A stretch of DNA of 64,000 bases from Gammaproteobacteria bacterium (lineage in GTDB: Bacteria; Pseudomonadota; Gammaproteobacteria; Eutrophobiales; Eutrophobiaceae). The stretch is taken from positions 384,001 to 448,000 of the forward strand of contig CAXMWX010000005.1 in NCBI GenBank assembly GCA_963422205.2, written 5' to 3'. The notes below the pieces were generated by a model. That model saw only the letters and a program-made list of their open reading frames with translations, made no database searches and was not told where the DNA came from. Numbering within the stretch: position 1 is the first letter of the stretch; each line of letters opens with the position of its first letter. Shown piece after piece: positions 1 through 10,010 of the stretch. A program made the translations under genes and the position numbers.

Positions 1-14
1 GTCGGCCAGCCGGG

Positions 15-353
15 GTGAGGCGGATAGTCGATCGCCTCATCGGTTACAGTTATTCCCGTCAGGGCATTGCCTGTGGTCGGGTATCGTCTGCCTTGCTGAG
101 TGTTACGGCCCGCCATGCACCGATTATTGGTCATGTTGTTCTGAGCTTGCCAGCGGCTGATGGCGGGGAGGTATTTGCTTGTCGGATGCCGGTTACGCGG
201 GAGACGCTGTCTCTCTGGCGATACCGGCAGCGGCTACTCTGGGACAGCCAACCAGCCAGGGTAATGAAGGTAGCAGGGAAACGTACATCGCCGCTGAATT
301 ATGCTGGTCTGATGCAGCATGTACTGGCAAGGCACCATGAGGTGAGGGCATGA
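15..353 (+). CDS. Hypothetical protein (start uncertain, may begin outside window)
   Basis: Stop overlaps next ATG (ATGA coupling at 350-353). Confidence 0.4.
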   Translation: MRRIVDRLIGYSYSRQGIACGRVSSALLSVTARHAPIIGHVVLSLPAADGGEVFACRMPVTRETLSLWRYRQRLLWDSQPARVMKVAGKRTSPLNYAGLMQHVLARHHEVRA

Positions 354-1285
354 GTGCATTAACAGCCCTAAATCAGGCCCTGCAATCGGTGTATGAGGCG
401 GGCGATACCACCTATTGCAGGAGCTCCAGCCGGGCTTTCTCATCAGCGGGTGTCGCCATACTGGGGCGGATTGCCGCACGCGCCGGTTTGCCTTTTAATC
501 CAGAGTGCATTCCCATACATGATCTGCAAGCGGCTGGCGCGCATGAGGCACAACGCCCGACTGAGGCAGCAATGGGCAAGGTGGTGGACTTGTTGCCCGT
601 GGATACGGCGCTGTTATCCGATGAGGAGTTTGTGCTGGCGGAGCTGGGTCGACAGGGGCTCTTGTGTGGTACGGAAATACAGGTTGATCTGCCCGATGTC
701 CGTCACCTGCCCGACTGGGCGAGGGGCTTGCCCTGGGAGCGAGTGACCGCTGCCAGTGCGTGTTCATATCCTGCCCGGCCGGAGCCGGGCGTGTACACCT
801 ATGAGACAGACGAGATAGCCTTTCGTCATCTGGTCAGCTTTGGGCTGGGCAAGCCCTCAACGCTGGTCGGCCACGCCAACCGTTTTGCGATGCGAAAGCT
901 CTATCACCCGCATACCGGCTTGACCCATAAGGGGCAGAGGTGGCTGGATTTGACCCCGGCCATTCTGCGAATGGTAGAGACCAGTCTGGCGATGGAGGCC
1001 ATCTTTGATGAGAGTGTGAGAGAAGACGATGAGCGCATCGCCATAGAGCGTGCCCTGGCCTGCCTGGGAGAGGAAAGCCAACGCTATATCACACAACGGC
1101 TTGAAGGGCAGGCGGTTTTCTCTTTGCTGAACGGTGTGCCAGAGAATAGCCGCCAGCAACAATCACCACCTGCCCCGGAAAACGAAAACAAGAACAGCGA
1201 AGGCAAGACTACAAAGCAGCAGACGGATAAAGCCAGGGCGGTTGATGCCGACAGGACGCCCGATAGTATGCCGATGGGTATGTAA
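350..1285 (+). CDS. Hypothetical protein with disordered C-terminal tail ending DSMPMGM
   Basis: 311-aa ORF coupled to neighbours; low-complexity Q/E/K/P tail. Confidence 0.65.
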   Translation: MSALTALNQALQSVYEAGDTTYCRSSSRAFSSAGVAILGRIAARAGLPFNPECIPIHDLQAAGAHEAQRPTEAAMGKVVDLLPVDTALLSDEEFVLAELGRQGLLCGTEIQVDLPDVRHLPDWARGLPWERVTAASACSYPARPEPGVYTYETDEIAFRHLVSFGLGKPSTLVGHANRFAMRKLYHPHTGLTHKGQRWLDLTPAILRMVETSLAMEAIFDESVREDDERIAIERALACLGEESQRYITQRLEGQAVFSLLNGVPENSRQQQSPPAPENENKNSEGKTTKQQTDKARAVDADRTPDSMPMGM

Positions 1286-1708
1286 GTGGGCGCTGAGACA
1301 GAACTTCCTGGATACGTCAGTGAGCCAGTTGACCCTCCGTTTAAGCTAATCAGTCAGGCGCTCATCAGGCAGGCAACTGCTGCGGGTGTGCGCTATATGA
1401 CTGTCAATGGCATTGATTGCAAACTGGCCCTGGATGAGGCATTCGCCGCCGATGGTCTGCTGCCCTTGCTGGTCACTCTGGTGCAGCATCGGCATGGACT
1501 TGCCTCATTGCCCCTGTATTTGTTGCCTGATAAGGCCAATGCCTTGACTGGCTGGCGGGTGGCGTTGGGAGAGCAGGTAACCGACGAGCAGATCAAATCG
1601 GCACTGGCCTTACTCGGCGAGGAGCTGACCCTACTGATTGATGCCTCGACATCCAAGGAGTTCATCAGCCTGGATAGCCATGAGTGGCGGGGCCTGCCCT
1701 TTGGATGA
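1286..1708 (+). CDS. icmS: IcmS-like type IVB adaptor/chaperone
   Basis: DEAFAADGLLP, ALTGWRV and LIDASTSKEFISLD align with recalled Legionella IcmS DEVFSETGLLP, ALLGIRV and LIQGGPSRDYTPLD; similar size. Confidence 0.55.
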   Translation: MGAETELPGYVSEPVDPPFKLISQALIRQATAAGVRYMTVNGIDCKLALDEAFAADGLLPLLVTLVQHRHGLASLPLYLLPDKANALTGWRVALGEQVTDEQIKSALALLGEELTLLIDASTSKEFISLDSHEWRGLPFG

Positions 1709-1735
1709 CAAAGGGCTGGGAGATTAGCTCAAGGC

Positions 1736-2242
1736 ATGAGGATCAACGATCTAAAACTGGCCTTGCAGCGCTGGTATTCCAGCGAGCGGATGGTCAAGGT
1801 CAGGGCAGTGGTGTGGCAGGCGGCCAGGGTGTTCAGGCTGTTGTTCTTACCGGATTTCAAGGCCCTGTGGCGTTTGAGCCGCAATGATTATCCCGGTGGC
1901 TTACGATCGGGTTTGATCACCAGGGAGGCAATCGCTTCATGGCAACGTGCCAGCACACCAGCCAGAAAGGTGCACGTGGCATTTATCAAGGTCAATCCGT
2001 TGGTGATGCTGGCCTGGTATCTTTGTGCGCTGGTCTTTGCTGGTTTAGCCCTCTGGCTGGGGTACAGTTTTTTTATTGTCTCTCACTGGAGTGAGCGGCT
2101 GAATTGTTTTATGGGGTTTTGTGCGGCGCTGACATTTTCTGTCACCGGTTTTTATAATACCTGGTGCGATACCACCAGGGTGGCGGCCTATAAGCGCTCT
2201 ATCAGGCGCTATATACAGAGCAGCCCGGGACATAAGGAATAA
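1736..2242 (+). CDS. icmV: IcmV-like inner-membrane protein
   Basis: WYSSERM...FRLLFLP, two C-terminal TM helices and GHKE end resemble recalled IcmV (WFDWERM...FKRLFVP...GEKE). Confidence 0.5.
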   Translation: MRINDLKLALQRWYSSERMVKVRAVVWQAARVFRLLFLPDFKALWRLSRNDYPGGLRSGLITREAIASWQRASTPARKVHVAFIKVNPLVMLAWYLCALVFAGLALWLGYSFFIVSHWSERLNCFMGFCAALTFSVTGFYNTWCDTTRVAAYKRSIRRYIQSSPGHKE

Positions 2243-2245
2243 GAT

Positions 2246-4095
2246 ATGCGTTTGTATATTGCCGAGAAGCCCTCATTAGGGATGACGATTGCCAAGGTGT
2301 TAGGCATCAAACCTGGGCGACATCAGGGGTATGTTGAGACCCGTGATGGGTATGTCACCTGGTGTGTCGGACATATTCTTGAGATGGCAAATCCTGAGCA
2401 TTACTGGCCGGACATGAAAGGTCAAAAATGGAGTCTGGAGCCACTGCCGATGGTGCCAGCGCAATGGGCCAAGCTGCCCGTTAAGGCGAAGCAAAAGCAA
2501 CTGGCCATCATCAGCAAACTGCTCAAGCGAAAAGATGTCACCGAGATTGTTCACGCCGGGGATGCTGGCCGGGAGGGACAGATGATTATTGATGAGGTGT
2601 TGGCCTATCACCACAACACCAAGCCGGTGGTTCGCTTCTGGACGAAGGGGCTGGATAAGCAAAACATCCGCAAGGCACTGAACAGTATGCCGGACAATGC
2701 CCGGTTTCAGTCATATTCGGATGAGGCCAGGGCAAGGGCCGAGGCCGATTGGTTGATCGGTATGAATATGTCACGGGTGGTGTCCATCAAACATGCCCGA
2801 TACGGTGAGGTGCTGTCAGTGGGACGGGTACAGACGCCAACGCTGGCGATCATTGTCGATCGGGAGCGGGCAATTCAGCAGTTTGTGCCGAAGACCTATT
2901 ATGCCATTGTGGGGACATTTGAACATCCCAATGGCTGCTTTGAGGCGGTTTGGGATGTCAACCGGTCGGCATACAGCGAGGGTATTGATAGCCAGGGGCA
3001 GTTGACTAATAAACGACAAGGGGAAAAGATAACACAGGCACTTAAAAACACTACGGGGACGATCAGCACCTTTGATGAGAAAACACAGAGCGTAGCACCG
3101 CCGCTACCGATGGTGTTATCCACCTTGCTGGCGAAGGTGAATAAGCGTTACAAGATTGACATTGATAAAATCCAGGCGGCGGCACAAACGCTGTATGAGG
3201 CGGGTGCCATCACGTATCCCCGCACCGATTGTGAGTATCTGCCCGAAGCCCAGCATGGCGAGGCCGCCAGTGTGATTGAGGTGGCTACCGGGGTGCTGAA
3301 TATCCAGGATAGCCGGGCAGCCACCCTGGACAGTACGCTGAAATCCCGTGCCTGGAATGACAAGAAGATCACCGAGGACCATCATGGTTTGATGCCGACT
3401 GTGCAGGCCCCGGCATTCAAGCTCGACTTGGAGCGCACTGTCTATGACTATGTGGCGAGATATTATCTGGCACAATTCTATCCAGAGGCCGAAGACTTCA
3501 AGCGCCGTTGCGAGGTGCGGCTGGCGGGAGAAACATTTGTGGCATCAGGCACAACAGAAGTTGCCCCCGGCTGGCGCAGGCTGTTTGGCAAACTCAAGGA
3601 TGTGGGCGAGCAGGCTACGGGCAACAACACGCTGCCAGCCATGCAGGTGGACGATCCCGTCAACTGCATAGCCTTATCGCTTGATGAGCGGCAAACCAAA
3701 CTGCCCACCCGCTTCATGCAAGGGACGCTGGTGGATAAGCAAGGGGGGCGATGGCCTCGGTGGCGAAGTTTGTGACCGACCCGGCATTGAAAAAGCTATT
3801 AAAGGACACCGCGGGCCTGGGTACGCCAGCGACCCGTACCGAGATCGTAAAAAAGCTCTTTGCCCGGAAGTTCATCACGTCCGGTACGGGTAAGCAGAAG
3901 CACTACATCTTCCCCACCGAGCTGGGGTGTCGGCTGATTGACAAGGTGTTGCCGGAACTCAAAGACCCCGGCTTGACGGCCTTGTTTGAGCAGGAGCTTG
4001 AGCGTATCAAGCAGGGCAGCAGCACCCGCCAGGCGTTCATAGACAAACAGGTGACTTTCCTTCAGCGCGTGATTGCCAAGGAAAAAGCCGCTTGA
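2246..4095 (+). pseudogene. topB: DNA topoisomerase III (ICE/plasmid type), frameshifted
   Basis: IAEKPS, TWCVGH, DAGREG, GRVQTPTL, ITYPRTD and GLGTPATR motifs; removing 11 nt (3737-3747) restores TLVDAMASVAKFV. Confidence 0.9.
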
Positions 4096-4158
4096 GTACA
4101 GGCTTTGGCAAGGGTTGGTACCTATGCCGTGGTGGTTCAAGTATGTTAAAATAAGCAC

Positions 4159-4356
4159 ATGAAATTGAACCGTAAAGCTGTCAGGAAAAGCGTATTGGCG
4201 AGGCATCAGGATGATAATTATGTCGATGCTTCAATAGAGGAACGTATGGCTATGGTTTGGCCTCTGACCAAAGAGGTCGCCGCTTTAAGTCCCCGGCACG
4301 ATGTGGAACGAAGATTACAAAGACATATTACACGCCTTGTCAGCAGAGCAAGTTGA
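4159..4356 (+). CDS. Small partner (putative antitoxin) of downstream nucleotidyltransferase
   Basis: 65 aa, SIEERMAMVWPLT motif, overlaps NTase start. Confidence 0.6.
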   Translation: MKLNRKAVRKSVLARHQDDNYVDASIEERMAMVWPLTKEVAALSPRHDVERRLQRHITRLVSRAS

Positions 4357-4813
4357 TTTCATTCTGATCGGCGCTTATGCCCTGGCCGCTCATGGGTTGC
4401 CCAGAGCGACGATAGATGTGGATATTTGGGTGCAGCCATCATCAGGCAATGCCAGAAAAGTCCACGCTGCGTTGCTTGCCTTTGGTGCGCCAATGCGTGA
4501 GATTTCAGTGGCGGATTTTGCAGAAGAAGGTACGGTTTTTCAGATTGGCGTAGCGCCCCGGAGGATCGATATTCTAACCGGAATCAGTGGTGTCAATTAC
4601 GAGGAGGCGATCGAGGAAGCGATTGTCACCAAAGTGGAAGGCATACAGATCAACATACTGTCAATGAAGCATCTGATAGCAAACAAAATGTCAACTGGCC
4701 GGCTTAAAGATTTGGATGATGTACAGAGGCTGCAAGAGCTGGTCAAGCGTTCTGATGCAAAAACCATAAGTGACATCACGCCTAACATTGATCTTAAGTT
4801 CGCATCAGGATGA
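4301..4813 (+). CDS. Nucleotidyltransferase (DUF6036/AbiEii-like)
   Basis: LIGAYALAAHGLPRATIDVDIWV; K...GRLKDLDD. Confidence 0.85.
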   Translation: MWNEDYKDILHALSAEQVDFILIGAYALAAHGLPRATIDVDIWVQPSSGNARKVHAALLAFGAPMREISVADFAEEGTVFQIGVAPRRIDILTGISGVNYEEAIEEAIVTKVEGIQINILSMKHLIANKMSTGRLKDLDDVQRLQELVKRSDAKTISDITPNIDLKFASG

Positions 4814-4838
4814 AGAGCCAGGCATCCGATAGACAAGG

Positions 4839-5084
4839 TTGGATGAGGCAATGATACGAGTAGTAGGCAGACGTAAATTACAGCCTATCAGCAGTAAGCC
4901 ATCAGGTGATAAATTGAGGGAAGGCATTTTGTTTGTTGAAGAGATGGGTAGATTATGTCCGGTTAAGCATATTCCTAAAGGTATCTATCGCTTTAACAGC
5001 CATGCTGAAATGAACGAGTATGACATTGATTGTACTGTCAATGCCATGAAAAAACTAAGGCGGAAGCGGCATGAGCATGTCTGA
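4839..5084 (+). CDS. Small partner (putative antitoxin) of second nucleotidyltransferase
   Basis: PKGIYRFNSHAEM motif; overlaps downstream NTase. Confidence 0.6.
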   Translation: MDEAMIRVVGRRKLQPISSKPSGDKLREGILFVEEMGRLCPVKHIPKGIYRFNSHAEMNEYDIDCTVNAMKKLRRKRHEHV

Positions 5085-5610
5085 CAATGATTATTGCAGG
5101 CCGCCTACTACTGCCGACTTACTTCAGCTCATACAGTCTCTAAATAAAGAAAACGTACCTTATCTTTTGATAGGAGGCCATGCCTTAAATGCACACGGTT
5201 ATTACAGAATGACCACGGATGTTGATATTCTGTTGCCTAAAACAGTTGACCCTGGCGCTATTATCCGCGCTTTGCTGGTGTTGCCAGACCAAATCGCCAG
5301 AGAGATTGACCCTGCCTGGTTTGCCGAAGGCAATACTATCCGTGTAGCGGATGCGTTTGTCGTTGATCTGATGTTCAATGCCTGTGGCGAGAGTTATGAG
5401 TCACTCAGCCAACATACGCATACGATTGAACTTGACGGGGTGCCCGTCAAGACTATTGACATGGAAGGTTTGCTAAAGACCAAACAAACTATCAGAGAGA
5501 AGGATAAAATAGATAGAATGTTGCTTGAGCGGGTGCTGGCAGAGGAGAAACTGGAGCAGGAGAAATCTGCCCAGGCAAAACCTGGCCATACATCCTCACC
5601 AGAGCCGTGA
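5071..5610 (+). CDS. Nucleotidyltransferase (DUF6036/AbiEii-like)
   Basis: LIGGHALNAHGYYRMTTDVDIL; KQTIREKDKID; tail ending HTSSPEP. Confidence 0.85.
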   Translation: MSMSDNDYCRPPTTADLLQLIQSLNKENVPYLLIGGHALNAHGYYRMTTDVDILLPKTVDPGAIIRALLVLPDQIAREIDPAWFAEGNTIRVADAFVVDLMFNACGESYESLSQHTHTIELDGVPVKTIDMEGLLKTKQTIREKDKIDRMLLERVLAEEKLEQEKSAQAKPGHTSSPEP

Positions 5611-5654
5611 GTTTTCATTAGGTAACACAAGCACAATGATGGTGAGATAATCTG

Positions 5655-6437
5655 ATGCCCCTGTTTGAGATACTTGGCTTTTCATGGGAGCGCTCCGCCG
5701 TCCATGCTGGCGTATCGGCCTCAGTTGAGCGGGTTGTTTTTCGTTACAAGCAATCGCTTGCTCAGTTTGTGTTTGATGCCAGTGCCCTTGAAGGCAACCC
5801 GTTTACTTATCCTGAAGTTAAGACGCTGATGGATGGCGTGACGGTGGGAGGACACAAAATCTCTGATCAACAACAGGTGTTAAACCTCGTGGCGGCGGCT
5901 GAGGCATTATTCAGGCTGGTGAAGGCCGACACCTTTTCCCTGGACAAGACAACCTTTGATCGTTTGCATGGGCTGGTAGCCCGTGAGAAGGCGCTGGAAT
6001 GGGGGCATTTTCGGGGCGAAGGTGAAGAGAGCAGCCTGACACCCTCGGTCGCTCTCGGTGAGAAGGGGGGGTATACGCCAGCGCTGACTGAGCCAGGTGG
6101 CACCAACTTACAGCGGATTTTTTCTGTGGGTATTGATGCCCTGAACTTGGCAGTCACCGAGCCGCAAGAGCGGGCAATGGCGCTCTTTCTGTTCGGAGCA
6201 TTGCAGCAATTCTATTTTGATGGCAACAAGCGCACCGCTCGCTTTATGATGAATGGCATTCTCATGTCACATGGTATGGATGCGATCTCTGTGCCTGCTG
6301 TGCGAGACAGGGAGTTCAATGAGAAGATGGTGCGATTTTATCTGACAAAGGATGCCACCGAGATGATGCACTTCCTGATTGCGTGCCAGTCAAAAGATAC
6401 ACCCAAGCCGGAGTCACTATCCGGGCTATCGCCGTGA
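5655..6437 (+). CDS. Fic family protein (non-canonical motif)
   Basis: SALEGNPFT and QFYFDGNKRTAR; tail ending PESLSGLSP. Confidence 0.85.
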   Translation: MPLFEILGFSWERSAVHAGVSASVERVVFRYKQSLAQFVFDASALEGNPFTYPEVKTLMDGVTVGGHKISDQQQVLNLVAAAEALFRLVKADTFSLDKTTFDRLHGLVAREKALEWGHFRGEGEESSLTPSVALGEKGGYTPALTEPGGTNLQRIFSVGIDALNLAVTEPQERAMALFLFGALQQFYFDGNKRTARFMMNGILMSHGMDAISVPAVRDREFNEKMVRFYLTKDATEMMHFLIACQSKDTPKPESLSGLSP

Positions 6438-6440
6438 AGC

Positions 6441-6593
6441 GAGGCAGTGATGGTAAGGTATCAGCATCAACATACTGTCAATCAAGCATCTGATAGCAAG
6501 CAAGCTGTCAACTGGCCGCCCAGGGGCTTGGCGGATGTGTTGAGGTTGCGTGAGTTAAACCCACCTGCTTATACAACTTCATAAAGTGCAAGA
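6441..6593 (+). pseudogene. Orphan degenerate 3' fragment paralogous to NTase 4301..4813
   Basis: atcaacatactgtcaatcaagcatctgatagcaa...tcaactggccg matches ~4649-4740. Confidence 0.8.
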
Positions 6594-6629
6594 AACTTTT
6601 ATTTATCCCTGCAAAACCTCAAGTTTATT

Positions 6630-6971
6630 TTGTTTCTCATGAGCCAGCCACAGGAAGTCACTGAATGCCTAAAGCATCTCGGCACCTACATTGAGATTGC
6701 TCGCAGACGCCAGCAGCTGACATTGAAACAGATGGCTGGCAGACTGGATGTGAGTATTCCAACCTATGTGGCGATAGAGCAAGGCTCGCCTGCCGTCAAG
6801 CTGGCCAATTATCTGACTGCCCTGTGGATCATGGGATTATTGGAACAAGCGATGAGGATCGGTCATCCTGATACGGATAAACAGGGCAAGGCGCTGGAGA
6901 TACGGCGTTTGCTTCGGGGTGGTCAGCGGCCCAGAGCGGCATCTGATGTAACCGGGGCGCATGATTTTTAA
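6630..6971 (+). CDS. XRE-family HTH antitoxin (HipB-like)
   Basis: ARRRQQLTLKQMAGRLDVSIPTYVAIEQG HTH, directly upstream of hipA. Confidence 0.85.
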   Translation: MFLMSQPQEVTECLKHLGTYIEIARRRQQLTLKQMAGRLDVSIPTYVAIEQGSPAVKLANYLTALWIMGLLEQAMRIGHPDTDKQGKALEIRRLLRGGQRPRAASDVTGAHDF

Positions 6972-6973
6972 CG

Positions 6974-8305
6974 ATGCAGCCAGCACTGTCAGAATTATAT
7001 GTCTACATGACCTTGCCGGGTACCACTGTGCCGGTGATCTGTGGTCGCTTACAGGCGATGCCATCCTATGATGGTTCAGGTGGCTATTACCAGTATGTCT
7101 ATGGCAAAAGCTATCTCGCCAGAGATCAGGCGATACCTGTAGAGCCTTTTACGCTACCGCTTTGGCTGGAGACATTCAGCACCGGGGGGAAGCATATATT
7201 CGGTGTGTTCAGTGATGCGATGCCGGATTTCTGGGGGCGGGTGGTTATTAGTCGGCGGTTGCAACGCGCGGAGATAAGCGAGTTGGACTACTTGTATTAT
7301 GCGGGTGATGACCGGGTGGGGGCGTTGTCCTTCTCACCGGCCTGTCAACCGGAGTTAAGCCCGCTTGCCTCATCGGCGGCAATGAAACGGCATAACTTGG
7401 CTGAGTTGGTGGATGTTGCCTGGCGGATTGAGCAGAAATTGCCGATTGAACCAGCATGGGATGAGTTGGTAAAGACGGGCAGTGGTATGGGTGGGGCGAG
7501 GCCAAAGTCGGTGGTACAGCGGGATGATGGGCTGTGGTTGGCGAAGTTTGCCCGTACCGATGATATGTACGATAAGCAACGGGCTGAATTCGCTGTGATG
7601 TCAATGGCCCGCGACTTGTCACTCAATGTGCCGGACATTGACCTGCGTGAGGCGGGCAGCGCTTCGGTATTTCTGATCAAGCGCTTTGATCGTGAGCAGA
7701 CGGCAACCGGGGCATACAAAAAGCAGCATTTTTTAAGCGCCTGTACCTTGTTTGCTGCCCATCCGTTGGGTGGCCATACGCAGGACTCCTATCCTCGATT
7801 AGCTGACTTATTGCGGCGGTTCAGTGCGGATGCGGTGGCTGACAGGCAGCTGTTATTCAAGCGGATGCTGTTTAATGTGCTGGTGAGCAACACGGACGAC
7901 CATCATCTTAATCACGGCTTCATATTGGGTAAGGGAGGCTGGCGCCTCTCGCCGTTATATGATGTAGTGCCCCTGCCCACCCGGCAGGATAAAAAGTCCC
8001 ACGGGTTAGCCCTGGGCGAGCAGGGTACCGCCTCGTCCATTGACAATGCTTTAAGTCAGGCCGGGCATTTTGGGGTGAGCAAAAGTCAAGCGCTGTCGTA
8101 CATTGAGGAGCAGGTAGCGGTGATCAGTCACTGGGAGAACTATTGCATTGAGGCGGACATGTCTGTCCTTGATCGCAAGTTATTGAGTCAGTGCTTCCTG
8201 CCAGAGCATATTGGTCTGGATAGGTATTTTCCGAAGGTGTATCCGGCCCAGTTGGCTAAAGGAGAATACATGGGTATGCAACAAGGTTTATCGTCAACTC
8301 CGTAG
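6974..8305 (+). CDS. hipA: HipA family kinase toxin
   Basis: DAMPDFWG, GSGMGGARPK, NTDDHHLNHGF, LSPLYD. Confidence 0.92.
   Translation: MQPALSELYVYMTLPGTTVPVICGRLQAMPSYDGSGGYYQYVYGKSYLARDQAIPVEPFTLPLWLETFSTGGKHIFGVFSDAMPDFWGRVVISRRLQRAEISELDYLYYAGDDRVGALSFSPACQPELSPLASSAAMKRHNLAELVDVAWRIEQKLPIEPAWDELVKTGSGMGGARPKSVVQRDDGLWLAKFARTDDMYDKQRAEFAVMSMARDLSLNVPDIDLREAGSASVFLIKRFDREQTATGAYKKQHFLSACTLFAAHPLGGHTQDSYPRLADLLRRFSADAVADRQLLFKRMLFNVLVSNTDDHHLNHGFILGKGGWRLSPLYDVVPLPTRQDKKSHGLALGEQGTASSIDNALSQAGHFGVSKSQALSYIEEQVAVISHWENYCIEADMSVLDRKLLSQCFLPEHIGLDRYFPKVYPAQLAKGEYMGMQQGLSSTP
8216..8247 (+). repeat. 32-bp direct repeat, copy 1 (inside hipA tail)
   Basis: ctggataggtattttccgaaggtgtatccggc; 31/32 identical to 9822-9853. 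Confidence 0.9.
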
Positions 8306-8412
8306 CGATGGCGCAAGCAGGCGCCCAACGTACATTGTTGACGCCGTACGATATTGAGTGATTAACTGCCAATCTCACAGCGAAACCTACCACAGGCATA
8401 AGGCAAATATAT

Positions 8413-9729
8413 TTGACTATGAGTAAGACACTACACGATCCTGACAGGCTGAATGTATGGCAGGGGCAGCGCCTTGTCGGTTCTATTTGGCGAAACGAAC
8501 TGGGTCGTATTGGGTTTTGTTATGCTAACGAGTGGCTGGCGGCCGGTGGTTTTGCCATTTCCCAAAGTCTGCCTTTGCAGGTTGACGAATTTCCCCCTGA
8601 CCACGGTCTTGCCCATCGCTACTTTGCCAATCTTTTGCCGGAAGGCGGCGCGCGTGACCGAATTGTTCGTGATTTTAAGATTGCCAATTCTGACTTTTCC
8701 TTACTCAGAGCTATCGGCGGTGAATGTGCCGGAGCGTTGTCAACTTTGCCTATAGAGCAACGGCCGACTGCTGAACACCGGTATGACAAACTATCAGAAA
8801 ATGAGATGGTTGAGTTGGTTTTAACTCGTGGTCGGGTTTACAAGAGGAGCGCAAACGATACGCCCCGGCTTTCCCTGGCGGGCGCTCAAAACAAGTGTCC
8901 TGTACTGGTTGAAAATGATGGCTGTTGGCTGCCCATGCAGGGGGCGCCATCCAGTCATATCCTCAAATTTGAATTACCGGACTACCGCAATATACCAGCT
9001 TATGAGACGTTTACCACCATGCTGGCAGAGGCTATTGGTCTACCTGTGGTATCTATCCGGTTACGATCAGTCAAGGGCAATCGCTATGCTTTGATTGCGC
9101 GCTACGACAGATACAGGGATGAGAACCAGCAAATTGTCAGGTTGCATCAAGAGGATTTCTGTCAGGCGCTGGGTAAGGGTTATGAGCACAAATACCAGGC
9201 GGACGGCGGCCCTGCATTTGCTGACTGTTATCGGCTACTCAAGGATGTATCAAGTGTACCGGATGATGACCTTGGCTGCCTGCTGGACTGGCAGATATTT
9301 AATGCACTGGCCGGCAATGCTGATGCCCATGTCAAAAATCTGTCGCTTTTGTATCATGCCAACGGCAATATCCGTCTGGCGCCTTGCTACGATCTCATTT
9401 CTACCTGTGCTATTGAGCATATTGACCATCATTTGGCATTGTTTGTCGGTGATCAGAATAATCCCTATGTGCTCTCCCGAAAAGACTGGATGCTATTGGC
9501 AGAACAATGTGAGTTACGCCCTCAATTTGTCCATGATCGGGTACTTGAGATGACGAGGAGCCTGGTACAGGCACTACAACCGACACGGAATAGATTTGAA
9601 GGTCTGTATGGTCACTGTGATGCCTTGCAGAGGATAGAGCACGTAGTCAAGAAGCAGTGTCGGCGCATGTTCAGAGAATATAATATCCATGAACAGCCAA
9701 GGATAAGTGTGGGGCCAGAGTTGTCGTGA
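8413..9729 (+). CDS. hipA: HipA family kinase toxin (no adjacent hipB)
   Basis: FANLLPEG, LSLAGAQNK, HQEDFCQALG, GNADAHVKNLS, LAPCYD. Confidence 0.92.
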   Translation: MTMSKTLHDPDRLNVWQGQRLVGSIWRNELGRIGFCYANEWLAAGGFAISQSLPLQVDEFPPDHGLAHRYFANLLPEGGARDRIVRDFKIANSDFSLLRAIGGECAGALSTLPIEQRPTAEHRYDKLSENEMVELVLTRGRVYKRSANDTPRLSLAGAQNKCPVLVENDGCWLPMQGAPSSHILKFELPDYRNIPAYETFTTMLAEAIGLPVVSIRLRSVKGNRYALIARYDRYRDENQQIVRLHQEDFCQALGKGYEHKYQADGGPAFADCYRLLKDVSSVPDDDLGCLLDWQIFNALAGNADAHVKNLSLLYHANGNIRLAPCYDLISTCAIEHIDHHLALFVGDQNNPYVLSRKDWMLLAEQCELRPQFVHDRVLEMTRSLVQALQPTRNRFEGLYGHCDALQRIEHVVKKQCRRMFREYNIHEQPRISVGPELS

Positions 9730-9821
9730 TCGGCTAATGGGTGGCACTATAGGCTTTGTTTCGTCATCAAATAGCGTGAAATATAACTTCCTAAGACCCT
9801 CACAAATACCTCCGGATATTA

Positions 9822-9853
9822 CTGGATGGGTATTTTCCGAAGGTGTATCCGGC
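9822..9853 (+). repeat. 32-bp direct repeat, copy 2
   Basis: ctggatgggtattttccgaaggtgtatccggc. Confidence 0.9.
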
Positions 9854-10010
9854 TTATGCCAATCAGCGAGAAAAGGGACAGCGTTATTGGTCAGGGAAAG
9901 AGCTAATTCCTTATCATAGGATATCTCGCTTCTATTGCTTCGTATAAATCGTATGCTATCTTTCACAAGATTTTAGTAAGTAGCCGTTTCCGATACACCT
10001 GTCAGTTTCA

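Noticed and set aside
3737-3750. Programmed frameshift or phase variation at the G6 run in topB
   Set aside because: Removing an 11-nt insertion restores the conserved sequence, which indicates simple damage
9574-9966. Minus-strand 130-aa ORF containing the 32-bp repeat
   Set aside because: Overlaps the hipA 3' end on the opposite strand and has no recognisable motif; at most a gene fragment
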